A stretch of 64,000 nt of DNA from Dimorphilus gyrociliatus (lineage: Eukaryota > Animalia > Annelida). Every line of letters starts with the position of its first letter. Within the stretch, counting starts at the first letter, position 1. Shown here one piece after another: positions 42,394 to 54,558 of the stretch. The position numbers and the translations under genes are program-made. Below the pieces are notes generated by a model that saw only the letters and a program-made list of their open reading frames with translations, did no database searches and was not told where the DNA came from. The stretch spans positions 620,001 through 684,000 of the forward strand of contig CAJFCJ010000024.1 in the NCBI GenBank assembly GCA_904063045.1. The letters run 5' to 3'.

Positions 42394-44055
42394 ATGATTC
42401 CAGTTTTAATTGGCTTATCTGCATTTTTCATTTTCTTTCTCGTATTTTTGCAAGTAAATTCAACAAAGAAAGCTTGTAACTTTGATAAAAAATCAATGAA
42501 AACCGTATGTACAATTAAAGGATTATTAAGCATCCCTGAAGATATATCAAAGCAATCCGTGTCTTTACACATGGGTAGTAAACTCGATAAGTTTGAAAAT
42601 CATTTAAGCGTCTTAAAGAGATCAAATCTTTCTAATTTACACTTACTTATCGAACTAAAATTGGTTAAATGTGGTATAGAAGATATAGAACCAAATACTT
42701 TCTTAGATTTACAAAATCTGAAAAGATTAGATTTGAGCTATAATCGGATTGTTAGTATCAATGAGCACATTTTTAAAGGTTTACAAACAATGGAATATAT
42801 AATATTATCCAATAATCCGTTGACTGTCGTTGGTAATAATGTTTTCAGTGCTATGAATGTTGGAGAAATAATTTTCGGAAATAATCCTGCTCTAACTCAT
42901 ATTTCTAAGGAAGCCTTTAAAGATTCATCAATTGGAAAATTAGTTATAAACCGTGCTAATTTATTTTCAGTGGAAAACGATTCATTCCTACCAATAAGAA
43001 GCAGCCTTAATGAATTAGATATAACTAATAATTTACAAAATTTGCAATTGCCTTTTAATATATTTGATGGCCTTCACCTTAAAAGACTGTCTTTGGTCAA
43101 CAATGGTCTTAAAAATCCTTTCTATTTTTTAAAAAAGGCTAGTACAGAGATCTTAATATTGGATGATAATCCTTTGGAAGATTTCGACCTTTCAGACGTC
43201 GAAAGCGTAAAATCTATTGTTGTTCTTAGTATGAATAATTGTCACTTAAAGACGATTTGCGAAAAGAATTTAAAGAATCTCAACAATTTACAAGAAATTT
43301 ATATGGATTCTAACCGCTTGAAAACTTTAAATTTGACTATATTTGCTACACTAAAAAAGCTAAACAAAATCGATATGTCTAATAATGAAATCGAAGTTTT
43401 ACATCCAACGATTTTATCGGTATTAAAATCAATAGAGACTCTAGAATTGGATGGAAATCAAATTCGTAGAATTCCTGAAACGTTTCAGCCTTTGTTCGAG
43501 AGTTTAAAGTCAATCACTTTGCACGCAAATCCTCTTCATTGCAATTGTGAATTGCGTTGGTTTGTAAAATGGCTGGAAAATTTTGGAGATAAAGTGGAAC
43601 ATCTGGAAAAGATACAATGTTCTACCCCCATTCAAAAAAACATAACTCTAATCTCAAACTATGGCTTTCAATGTAGGCCTCCTACAATTTTTAACGCAAC
43701 TATAGGAAGTGATAGCTTAACATTGGTTTGTATGGCTGACGGTGATCCTCCTCCTGAAATTATCTGGACTGTTTTACCTGAAGGAGTAACCCTATTAGTA
43801 ACGAATAGTCCATTTTCTAGAAGTAATTTCATGGTCAAAAGTGTTCTTACTATCACCAAACATGGAAATTATACTTGTAGCGCTAAGAACATGGTCGGTA
43901 GTGATCAAGTTATTGTCGATACGCGAAATATTCCACTTTCGGGTTTAAAATTTGAAGTAGAATCTCGGGAAATAGATATATTAGAGACACCTCAAGGTTT
44001 TATATTTACTGCCGTGTTAATATTTATACTTGGGTATATTTTTAAGTATTACTAA
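42394..44055 (+). CDS. LRR-Ig (LIG-family-like) cell-surface protein, intronless, 553 aa
   Basis: N-terminal hydrophobic signal; LRRNT C..C; multiple LxxLxLxxNxL repeats; LRRCT NPLHCNCELRWF..C..C; Ig domain LTLVCMADGDPPPEIIW..GNYTCSAKNMVG; C-terminal hydrophobic segment FIFTAVLIFILGYIF followed by only KYY*. Confidence 0.9.
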   Translation: MIPVLIGLSAFFIFFLVFLQVNSTKKACNFDKKSMKTVCTIKGLLSIPEDISKQSVSLHMGSKLDKFENHLSVLKRSNLSNLHLLIELKLVKCGIEDIEPNTFLDLQNLKRLDLSYNRIVSINEHIFKGLQTMEYIILSNNPLTVVGNNVFSAMNVGEIIFGNNPALTHISKEAFKDSSIGKLVINRANLFSVENDSFLPIRSSLNELDITNNLQNLQLPFNIFDGLHLKRLSLVNNGLKNPFYFLKKASTEILILDDNPLEDFDLSDVESVKSIVVLSMNNCHLKTICEKNLKNLNNLQEIYMDSNRLKTLNLTIFATLKKLNKIDMSNNEIEVLHPTILSVLKSIETLELDGNQIRRIPETFQPLFESLKSITLHANPLHCNCELRWFVKWLENFGDKVEHLEKIQCSTPIQKNITLISNYGFQCRPPTIFNATIGSDSLTLVCMADGDPPPEIIWTVLPEGVTLLVTNSPFSRSNFMVKSVLTITKHGNYTCSAKNMVGSDQVIVDTRNIPLSGLKFEVESREIDILETPQGFIFTAVLIFILGYIFKYY

Positions 44056-45557
44056 TGTTACATAAAACGGTCAAAGGTTATAATATTTTTTCCTGTATGT
44101 GTTCCATTGCTTATTCTTGTCAAAAATATAATTAAGAAAAGGAAGAAAACCTCTAGCAGAAGAAGAAAAGAAAACCTTTACACATTGGTGTTTTTACTTT
44201 ATAAGTTTTATTAAACCTTTTTCAAATATGTTTTTGCTAAAAAGTATTAATAATTTATTAATAAATCAAATAAAAATCAACCTTTAAACCATCTTATTAC
44301 CAGTTTTTTATCAAAATTCAAAGGAATTTATGGAATTTGTCACTCTTTTTTTCTCTCCTTCTTGACACAAACATGACAAACCATTACTATAAACATTTTA
44401 ATTAACTTTATAATGATAAATTATTAGAGTTTTACTCTTAGCGATAAAACTTTTATTTCTTTTCAGACTTCTTAAAGGAACGTCTTTCAATGGATATTTT
44501 CTTATGTATTATAGCAATTTTTACGGCGCAGTATGATAAAATAACTCTTCAGGAAATTTTTAATGCATACATTGACCTCTCTTCGCAAATTTCTTTTTGT
44601 TATTACAGAAGACAATATTGTACAGTAACTTGTTGCAAGATTTCTCATAGTCCAGCACAGAATATAAAATACGCCATCTGCTGTTCAATTAAGACAATAA
44701 TTAAGATATAAAGACTGTTTCCTAGAAATATGTTCTAAGTAAGTAAAGGATATAGAAGATAGCACTCCTAATGATGAGAAATCTTATTACTAATATGTAA
44801 TTAAGGAAAAGTGTGCTAATAACCCTCTAGGGGATTAATTAATTAATTCGAAGATAGACCGTAGCAGATATTTCTCAGCATATTTTCTCTCTAACACTTT
44901 TCTAAAAGTTGAGTCTTATTTCTAATTGAATTTGACAAGTTTTATCTAAAAAAAAACGCATTTTTTTGGGAGTCTTTTTCCTATCTTTCATTAAATAATA
45001 TATTAAATTAATCAGTGGAGCGCAGGCGTACAGCTAATAATTGAGTTGTATTCTACTGATAATTACTTTGCATAATGTAAATATAATATGTTATTGGAAA
45101 ATTTGCAGTAGATGAAGGTATTCTACAATTTCCATCTTTTTGAATGTTGTTTATTGTGAACAAATGCCAATAAAGAGACAATGCCTATGAGAAAGAGAAA
45201 GAGAGAGAGCGAGAGAGAGAAAACGAATGAATTTATTAACTTAATTTTATATCTAAGATGTTAAAAAGACGAAAAGATACCTAACTAATTTGCTTAATTC
45301 TTCTTTTTTTAAATAAGTTTAAAGTATAGATAAATTGAAATATGTTAAATTTATTAAGAGGTAGCACAAAGTATGAAAGAGAATATCAACATATCTGTAT
45401 ATCTAACCAATTAAGTAATAATAGGAATAATGATACAAGTAACATGATAAATAGAACAACAGAATTCAAAGTGTGTAATCTGTACAGAATGAATATAATA
45501 CAGAAGATATTTATATTTGAAGGGATCTTTCCTTAATCGTCTCCTTATGTAAAAAGT

Positions 45558-48500
45558 TTAACTTTTTAAGAAAGTTTTATTCTTTTTCGAGAAATAGTTT
45601 CTTCTTTTTATAAAACATTCGGCGTCTTGTTGAAATTGAAAAGATGCCTTCGGATGGCAATAGTTGAGTTTCAAGTAGATTTTCGTTTTAATAATTTGCT
45701 TGTTACTTTTCAGCTTTCGGTGAAAAACTATAGTAATATCAATTCCCTGTTGATCGGTTTCAGAGAATTCCTCAATTTTCAAGGTAATGAAATCTCTTGC
45801 TAGTTCCCTCTTAATGGTACCTAGAAAGGGTATAAGGCGAAAACTATAATTGCATTCCTTACGTAATTATAAAGATAATTTCAAATATGCATAGCGTATT
45901 GATAATAAATTTAAACTAACCGCTTGTTAAGTTTATAGGCGTTATCTCTATAGTTGTTAAGCCGGTATGTTTACATCCGAAAAAGTTGAATGCATCTGTA
46001 TGGATAATGATTTATTTATATATAAAACAAAAGGATACATCTAGATTGTACATTTTGCAGAGGTATTTATATTATTTAAACCCACTTGGAACCGTACTGC
46101 AAATATGTAAGATGTTGCACTTATATATTTTGTATGGCAGAATATACTGTATCTATATTTAGTACTCTCATAGCCTATCCCTACTTTTAACTTGAACTTG
46201 CTTATTTTTTCATTTAAACTGTCATACTTTCTGAATTGTTTCTCCGTTTGATTCTAAGATGAGCCTTTTCTAAATGTTCGAATTTTTTTAATCGATCCAA
46301 GCCGAAGAACATCTTGTTGAAATTCCTTTTTATCTTTCTCGAGAGTTTGCCTGCAATCAATTTTTGGTACTGATAAGTTGCGTAATTGTGAATAGTTATG
46401 CTATATCGGTCAATATACAAACAAGTTTGGCGGAGAATTTTTCTAATTTCTCTCCTTTTCGACAAGGTATTATCGTCCATTTCTCTATTCTCTTGTCTGT
46501 TCCAACGCCTATTTAATAATATACTTGGATGATTTTGAATTCAATAGAGACTTTTGCCTTATTCATTTAATAAACCCATTAAATATTAAAAATAAACCTA
46601 TTAAAGGATAATGCAATCAACACTTACATTTATTACTTGCATAGCAAAATGTCAAAATTTTGATAAGCTAATCTCTTATTTAATGACAGATATCTTGCAA
46701 AAAAGAAAAAGCAATAAGAAGAAAAGCCTTTTTCTTTAATACTAATTTAACATTTCTTTAATATAATTTTCTAGTGTCCTAGTTTCCGGTTAATAAAGAT
46801 TGAACTAGCTTTATTTAAATTATAATAAGAGAAATGATCAATTAACCAGAATTGTTTCTATTTATCTTAATAAATATTTTTATTAGGAATGTTATCGTAA
46901 TCATCATCATAATTTTGTTATTTTACTATTTTCTCCCGATATTATCTCTATCTTTCCCTTTCCTCTCTCTCACACACTCTCTCTCAAAAGCACACACACA
47001 TATATATAAACACACATACACATATTCACTCACTCACTCACACATATACTCCCTTTTTCTCTCTCTTCGCTCTCTCTCCCCCTCCACTTTTTTTTTCTCA
47101 TTCGCTATTTAAAGTTTCAGTCCGTATCAATTTCCCTCTAACTTTGCTCATACCTAAATTAGATTACTTCAACTAGACAAGCAAGATATTTTATGTATTT
47201 ATACTTATTCTTTGCCTATTTTGCAAATGAATTTTAATGGAAAAGACAATTGACTTTACTTTAATTAGTTAAGAGTTTTGTTGGTCTTTGTTTTTTTCTT
47301 TGACGTTCCTTTTGTGCGATAAAAAAAGAAAACAGAACGAGATAAACGCTAGTCCTACTTCTTTTATGGCATAATAAAATTAGATCAAGTTCAAGTTTAA
47401 GCAAAATTCTTTAAGTTATGGTCGCCATGTTGAACTCGATTTCAACCATCCGATAACAAATATATCTTGACAAATGAGAAGGTTTAAGAAATCGACAGAA
47501 ATCAAATAATATATTTTACTGCTCAATTGTCCTATACCAAATAACAAGCAAACATTAATTGATTTTACCACGTGACCTGTTCCTATTATTTCAAAGGTTT
47601 TTTATGTTGTTTTGTTTTGTTTTTATATAAAAAAAATTTAGTGAATGTATTCCTTCTTATTTTGTGATGTAGACCTACTCATTTGTTCGTACATTTTATC
47701 CCTTATTTTCTCTCTCTCTCTCTCTTTGTTTTACACTCTCTCGGCCCTTTCATTTATTCACTCTCTCATTTTTTGTCTTTTCTCTTTCCCACTCACTCAC
47801 CCACCAACCTACTCATTCATTCATTCACTCACTCACTCAGTCGATCTCACTCACTCTCTCTTTCTCTCTCCCTCACTCACTCTCTCTCCTTCTGCTTATA
47901 TTTATCTTTACTAACTTTATTTACTGTTATCATTCAAAAGAATAAATTACATTATTAGTAACTTCCTTGATTATTCTATTCATTTACACTCTCTTTTTAC
48001 ATAGTAATTTTGAAAAGGATTTTGTTGGCGATCTAAAAGGTTGCATTGTTTATTCTGTAAATATTTTTGTTTATGGATGTGTAGTGTGTGCATTAGGTAT
48101 GGATATTTGCAAAAGGGATTGCATAGATTTTGTGTTTAAGCGAAAAAAGAAATTGTATTCCACAACAAAAGTAGCACTTAATTTGTATTTCACTATACCA
48201 TTGATGGATGTGGTCAGACTGCAAATATAAACAAAAAAGAGAAAATTGTTCTACCACTTGAAATATTTTTTTTTACTATTAATGTCATTGGACAAACTTT
48301 TAATTACAGTTTCTTTCGCTCTTTCTTTCGTTCTCTCTCTCTCTCTCTTTCTCAAGACTTCAAGATATTTATATAAAAACATCTTTTACCTTGTACTATT
48401 TATATAATTGTAAAGGAATTATTACAGATTATTTAAATACTAAATAATAAATTTACACATACCCATGAGATAAAATTATTGAGTTTTGATTGAATCTTTC

Positions 48501-48759
48501 GCGATTTCTTTTTTCACACTGATGCCGTGAAAGCATAAATATTTACTACAGGCAGGCTCTTAAGTTATAAACTGACCTTTTCTCTTTCATTTCTGCAGCA
48601 AAATATTAGTTCACGATCACTTATGGAACCAAATCTCCCTTTGCAAAACCTTCTTATTTCTTGCAATCTGTGAAAGCTGTTGCAATCTTCCCTTCCATCT
48701 GATAAATTCCAAATAATAGCCGTTGCAAGGAAAAGAAGCGGATTGGCTATGTGCATCAT
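45558..48759 (-). CDS. Predicted secreted protein of unknown family, 248 aa, 4 exons including a 20-nt microexon
   Basis: Exons 48759-48577, 48218-48199, 46508-46228, 45820-45558. Intron phases 0/2/1 all match with GT-AG ends; total 747 nt. Signal peptide MMHIANPLLFLATAIIWNLSDG. Links three separate ORF-track fragments. Confidence 0.65.
46950..47100. repeat. CT/CA/TCAC low-complexity tract (intronic)
   Basis: Mixed (CT)n, (CA)n and (CTCA)n. Confidence 0.85.
47700..47895. repeat. CT/TCAC/TCAT low-complexity tract (intronic)
   Basis: (CT)n, (ATTC)n and (ACTC)n arrays. They explain the spurious ORFs 47645..47914 and 47683..47958. Confidence 0.85.
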
Positions 48760-51346
48760 ATCTAGACGTACAAAAATTGTAAACAGGCGATTCCGTTGAC
48801 TACTAGGGGACGTTTGCCGCTATTGTAATTATATGCAAATTGAATTCTATATCCTACTACTATTTATTTTACTACGCGTTAATTAAGATATTGATGATAA
48901 TTTTTATCATTTTTAGTAAAACAGCCTAAGTGTCAGCTAATAAAACTCTAATTACTGACCTTTTTTCATTCTTCAGATGTATCTCTTCAAATAAAACGAA
49001 AAGGATAACAATGTAACTTTACTTTTTACTGCGTCTTCCTTTTAAGACTTTAACATTATATCAGCCTATCGAAATCTTGCCTTTTCTTTCCCTCTATCAC
49101 ATTTCTCAAACTTGTTCTTCCTTTATTTTTCTCTCTCTACTTGTCTGTGTGTCTGTCTATTTGTATGTCTCTCTCTTTTGCTCTTTCGCTCTTATATATA
49201 GGCACTCTTTTTTCCATTTTTCTCTCTATCTGCCTAATTTTTCTTGTTCTCTCTTGTTCTTGTATACCCTCGTTCCCTTTTTGTCTCTTTACTCTTTGTT
49301 AATTCTTTTTCAAATACAAGATATTGCTAATAAAAATTGCACTGATTAGAGTTAATCACGTTAATATTGGGGAGACTAAGGATTTGATTTAAAAAAAAGT
49401 TTATTTAATACAATTTTATATTGTAGTTATGCTATTTATATAGCTTACTGAAACAATGAAGGTTTTATATTTTTTTAGCTATTGCGTAATCAATTTATTA
49501 CCAAAATAAAAGATAAATTTCCCGTTTAGAATTTCGAAAATAAACTATTGACAAACAATCAACAGATTCCTGTTTTTTTTTCTTTGTATAATAAATTTCA
49601 GTTATTCATTCTCTCTCCTTCCTCCCATCCCTCTATCCCCCTTCCCTCCTCTCTCTCTCTCTTTTATCTACCTTCTTTATCTTACCTTTCTTCTTACGCT
49701 TCTTACAATTTGAAGGTCATTCTGACTTCTATTTTTGAATTATTTCTTCCTTGTCATTGAAAGATTTTTATTTGATGAATATTAATATATTTGTTTTATC
49801 CAGATATAGTAAATCTTTCAGAGCTTTCTACTATATTACTTAATTTAGAATATTTTCTGTAAAGATTAACTATCTGTTCATTCCTTGGTGAATTTTTTCT
49901 AACAATTAAAAAGACACTGATGCGGTGAAAAACTAAAGAGAATAAATAGTACAAGGCAAATTTATAGGACATTTCTTTTTTCATTATGTAAAAACTACAA
50001 ACCAAAAAAGAAACAGTTTTTCTTCGCATATACTGGAATATTAATTTAGTAGAAGCTTTCTTTAATACATTGATCTTTGACTATCTCTTTTCATTAGCGT
50101 ATTTGACTCATTTTTTTTTGCAGATGGCGTTAAAGAATTACTTATTAGAATATCATATACATAATTGTATTAAATTTAGTAAAAAAAAACCAGATATAGT
50201 CAGTCTGTGGCTAAAAAGAGAGAAAAGATATAATATTCTTAAATAGAAAAATAGAATAATTGAGACGTACAATAAAGCTATCTAATAATAGTAGTAATAA
50301 TAATAATAACAATAATAATATAATTAATTCATATCTTAACATTACAAATATAAAAATTACTGACATTCTACTTTAACATAAAGACTTCCTTTTTTATTTA
50401 AGTACGCATTTGTAATAAACTTTTGTTGCAGTATTAAATCTTATTGATATGATGTATAGTAGAAAAAATTTAAATACATATATACATATACCTCTTTTTC
50501 ATATACTAAAGGCTAAATATTTAGGTTAGTCTTTCTAATTTAAGTCTATTTATTGCTCAATTAACTTGAATCATGAATGGTTTTATAGCATTTATTTAAT
50601 ATAATTCGAAACTAGTCTAACACCGTTAAAAAACGTTTTTTACAGTATAAATCGTGTAATTTTTATTGTAAGCCGGAAGATTTTTAGCGGTATACCGATA
50701 TTTAGTTAGTTACATAACAGACTTTCTCTTATTGATATAGCAGGTTTGCATCACTTTCAATTTCACCCCAATTAAGTTTTACATAAGAGTCCTTGACATT
50801 GAATTCGACTGATAAATTAATTCGACTTAATCGATAAAAATTAAAACATACACCGTACAAATACCTATATATATATATGTGCTTATGAATATGGATATGG
50901 AATAATGATCTTTAAAAAATGATAATATATTACATTCTTTCTAGATAGTTTATAAACAAGAAATACTCCTCTATTTCACCAAAATGTTCTCTTTTTTTTG
51001 TAAAAAACAAATAATGTAACATTTCTTTTAAAAATAGACAAAGATATGCATGGAATGTCTTCTTCTTTTCTTTTCTATTTAACAAACGATTAATTATCCT
51101 TCTACTTAAAAAATTTGAACAAACATATTCTAAATATAGCTTTCAATGCGAAAAAGGTTGATTAGTACTTTTTAGCCAATTTTGAAAGAACTTAGAAAGT
51201 AATATTCAAGTACTCAACTATTCATGGCTAGGTATCTATTTGTAAGTTGGCACTTTTATTATAAATCACGAAGAGAGAGGATCGAAAAGATTCATAATTT
51301 TTTAACATAACCTTTTATTAAGTTGTTTATAAACTGGAGGACAAGT

Positions 51347-52741
51347 ATGAGGAGCTTGGAGCTTTTTCAAATTACTGCTATTTCAATTATCGTATTGGGT
51401 TTTATTATTTTAGGTCAATCTAAATCCATACAAAAAATCATTCCAGTTCAAACTATGGATGATGCAGCCACTTTTTTAACAAAGTTTGGTTTTATGGAAG
51501 AGCAGGATGGGTATATTCCAACAGATAAAGTTACAGATGCTATTGAACAATATCAAGAGTTCTACGGGTTGGCTAAGACTGGACAACTAGATACAAAAAC
51601 CCTCAGTGATATGAATAAAGTACGTTGCGGATTTCCAGATGTGCAACAGAAGAAAAGACGGCAAAAGCGCTTTGTTATCTCGTCATACAGTTGGACGGCT
51701 CCAATTATTACTTGGAATTTCTTGAACTATACTGAAGACTTAACGATAGAGGAACAAGTTGAGGCATTTGAATATGCATTTGAACAATGGAGCTTGCCGA
51801 GCAAACTTGTTTTCGTAAGGGTGCATTCTTCTCCAGATATTCTCATATACTTTACAGATATAGATGGCGAGAATGGCATACTGGGTACCGCCGAACTACC
51901 AATTTTTCCAAACCACAACGTCACCATTAGATTTGACGAAGGAGAGAAATGGAGTACTGCAGATGATAAAACTCATTTATCGATAGTGGCTGCTCACGAG
52001 ATAGGCCATACTTTAGGTTTACTTCATTCGAAAGTACCTGATGCTATGATGTTTGCACAGTACAGCTTCAAGGGTCCAAATTATAAATTACATGTCGATG
52101 ATATTTTAGCTATTAAGGAATTGTATGACACTAAAGAAACTTGTATTTCGGGCGATGGAATTGTAATATTAAAGGACGGCAATCGAGTCAATGTAAGCAA
52201 TTTAAAAATTGGCGATGTTATACAGACATCTGAAGAAACGTACAGTCCTGTTTTAACAATGCTAGATAAAAATGATAAGACTCCTACACTGTTTATTCGC
52301 ATTGAAACAAGCCTTGGAAATTCTTTGAAATTAACACCTAAACACTTAATTGCCGTTCAATCAAATATACTTGAAAAAGAATTTGTGTTTGCTGAAAAAC
52401 TTCAAAATGGTTCAAAAGTATATGTTCATATTGACGGAAAAGAGGTTGAAGATGAAATTGTACATGTTGAAAAAACGGTAGAAAAAGGCTATTATGCTCC
52501 TCTGACGAATGAAGGAACTCTCATAGTCAATGGTATCGAGATATCGTGCTACGCTTTAATTGAAGATCAAGAATTAGCTCATCTATCGATGACACCTTTA
52601 AGATGGTTTCTACAAATATACGAAATGATATTTAGTGAGAGTTTCGACGAAAATCCAACAGATGGCATTCACTGGTATGGTCGCTGGTCTTACAATTATT
52701 TATTACCCATTGTTGATAAAATTGGGTTAATAAGCTTATAG
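51347..52741 (+). CDS. Matrixin (M10 MMP)-Hog (Hint + SRR) fusion protein A, intronless, 464 aa
   Basis: First ATG at 51347. Signal peptide; prodomain with cysteine switch VRCGFPD; furin site RRQKR; HEIGHTLGLLH; Met-turn AMMFAQY. Then T|CISG Hint start (Cys codon 52142), MLDKN, LTPKH, GYYAPLTNEGTLIVNGIEISCYA, SRR-like ELAHLSMTPLRW and GIHWY. Confidence 0.93.
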   Translation: MRSLELFQITAISIIVLGFIILGQSKSIQKIIPVQTMDDAATFLTKFGFMEEQDGYIPTDKVTDAIEQYQEFYGLAKTGQLDTKTLSDMNKVRCGFPDVQQKKRRQKRFVISSYSWTAPIITWNFLNYTEDLTIEEQVEAFEYAFEQWSLPSKLVFVRVHSSPDILIYFTDIDGENGILGTAELPIFPNHNVTIRFDEGEKWSTADDKTHLSIVAAHEIGHTLGLLHSKVPDAMMFAQYSFKGPNYKLHVDDILAIKELYDTKETCISGDGIVILKDGNRVNVSNLKIGDVIQTSEETYSPVLTMLDKNDKTPTLFIRIETSLGNSLKLTPKHLIAVQSNILEKEFVFAEKLQNGSKVYVHIDGKEVEDEIVHVEKTVEKGYYAPLTNEGTLIVNGIEISCYALIEDQELAHLSMTPLRWFLQIYEMIFSESFDENPTDGIHWYGRWSYNYLLPIVDKIGLISL

Positions 52742-53184
52742 AATTGTATATTTTATTGTAAAGATATTTTATTTTCGTACTCTTTTAAACATAGCCTTAG
52801 ATGAAAAAAACTATTTTTTCTTTTAAATAAACTTTTAACTCTAATCATAAATAACACTTTCTGCTTTACCAGTTTATTAGGACAAAATCAGAATAGCATA
52901 TACATGTAAACATCAGTATGTACGACAAGTATCGAGAGCAGTATAGTCTATATATCGAGTAATTACTCAAGACCTTGTTTTTTATATTCTATACAACTAT
53001 CTACAAATGTCATTCTATCTCTAAAGAGAGGGGAGACTGATTAAATTGTGCTGAATTTTGAAAGGTAACCATAGTTTCCTTTTCATATTCATTTTTAAAA
53101 ACATAAGATAAAAATTAATCTTCTGAATGTATTGTATTATCACTTTTTTCTATTGTAGAGGGTTGAAGACTCATTTAGGAAGCT

Positions 53185-54558
53185 ATGCTAAAGCTACTTT
53201 TGATTATCAATCTTTTTCTATTTGACATAGTTAACAGTGCCCCTGTATACACACCTATAGAAAATAGAGCTCAAGCGGTAAAGTATTTAGTAAAATATGG
53301 TTATTTATCGTCTGTGGAAGCCGGTAACAATATGAATGACCTTCAACGTGCTGTTGAATCATTTCAAATAGAATTTGGACTGAATATTACGAAAATGCTA
53401 GATTCGCCAACAATAACAGCTATGGCTAAACCTAGATGCAAAATGAGTAATATTAATATGACAATGTCCATGGGAAAGCCAGATATGATGTATAAGCTTC
53501 ACGATCCTGCAGCAAATATGAAGATTTTCACTTGGACAATTGTAACATTTTTAGACAAATTACCTAGAGACCTTCAATACGAAGCAGTCGAGAAGGGTTT
53601 ACAAAAATGGGCTGATAAATGTGACCTGGTGTTTCATAGGGTTGATGTTGAGAATGCTCACATAAGAATTCACTTTGAATATATTGATAGCCCTGGCTCA
53701 ACATTAGCCTTTGCTTTTTACCCAGGTTATACTAATAGTGGAAAACAAATTTATGATAGTTCAGAATCATGGACTATGGATAATGCTGGACACTCTTTAC
53801 AGTACGTTGTTACTCATGAAACTGGCCATACTCTTGGCATAATGCACTCGTCAGATCCTTTAGCTATCATGTATCCCTCATATAACTATTTGGGAGGAGA
53901 CTATAGCATAACTCCAGACGATGAAAGTGCCTGTAAAATATTATTTGGTGAGAAAAAAGATAACGGTTGTTTTGGACCAAACGGGAAGGTTTTACTCAGA
54001 GATGGTGGTACTGTTCTCATGAAAGATTTACGGATAGGAGACGTTGTGCAAACGTCTGCAAATGCATTTAGTCGCGTCGTCACTCTGCTTGATCGCAATG
54101 AAAAGTCTTTTGAAACATTTATAAGATTAAGAACACAAAGTGGAAACTTTATAGAATTGACAAAAAAACATCTAATTCCCATTAAGTCATCTGAGAATGA
54201 AGAAAAACGTTACGTTTTCGCTCAAAATGTCTTGTTAGGTAGCAAAGTTTACTCTGTTGTTGATGGAAAAGAAATTGAAGATGAAGTTATAGAGATAAGT
54301 TCAAAAACATATCAAGGCTATTATTCACCATTAACGTTTCATGGAACAATAGTTATTAATGGCATTCAGGCTTCCTGTTATGCAGAGGTGGAAAGTCAAT
54401 CAATATCTCATTGGTCAATGTTTCCATTGAGATCTTTATCCTATATTAAAAATATGCTATCCGTATCAAAAGTAGAAGATTTTGAAGGTATCCACTGGTA
54501 TGGAAGACTATCAAAGCAGTACGCATTACCAATAGCCAAGAACTTGGGTATTTTGTAA
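53185..54558 (+). CDS. Matrixin-Hog fusion protein B, intronless, 457 aa
   Basis: Signal peptide; PRCKMSN switch; HETGHTLGIMH; AIMYPSY. G|CFG Hint start (Cys codon 53968), LLDRN, LTKKH, GYYSPLTFHGTIVINGIQASCYA, SISHWSMFPLR, GIHWY. Confidence 0.93.
   Translation: MLKLLLIINLFLFDIVNSAPVYTPIENRAQAVKYLVKYGYLSSVEAGNNMNDLQRAVESFQIEFGLNITKMLDSPTITAMAKPRCKMSNINMTMSMGKPDMMYKLHDPAANMKIFTWTIVTFLDKLPRDLQYEAVEKGLQKWADKCDLVFHRVDVENAHIRIHFEYIDSPGSTLAFAFYPGYTNSGKQIYDSSESWTMDNAGHSLQYVVTHETGHTLGIMHSSDPLAIMYPSYNYLGGDYSITPDDESACKILFGEKKDNGCFGPNGKVLLRDGGTVLMKDLRIGDVVQTSANAFSRVVTLLDRNEKSFETFIRLRTQSGNFIELTKKHLIPIKSSENEEKRYVFAQNVLLGSKVYSVVDGKEIEDEVIEISSKTYQGYYSPLTFHGTIVINGIQASCYAEVESQSISHWSMFPLRSLSYIKNMLSVSKVEDFEGIHWYGRLSKQYALPIAKNLGIL

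Noticed and set aside
44490-44711. Minus-strand ILCWT..LRRE stretch reminiscent of a GPCR TM6-TM7 region, and the + strand 73-aa ORF
   Set aside because: Too short, lacks the CWxP and NPxxY motifs, and has no partner exons.
46852-49760. Hydrophobic S/L/F/H-rich ORFs (46852, 47645, 47683, 49077, 49548); similar ones at 16336, 21839, 22604, 28127, 28215
   Set aside because: Translations of CT/CA/AT microsatellites and T-rich tracts.
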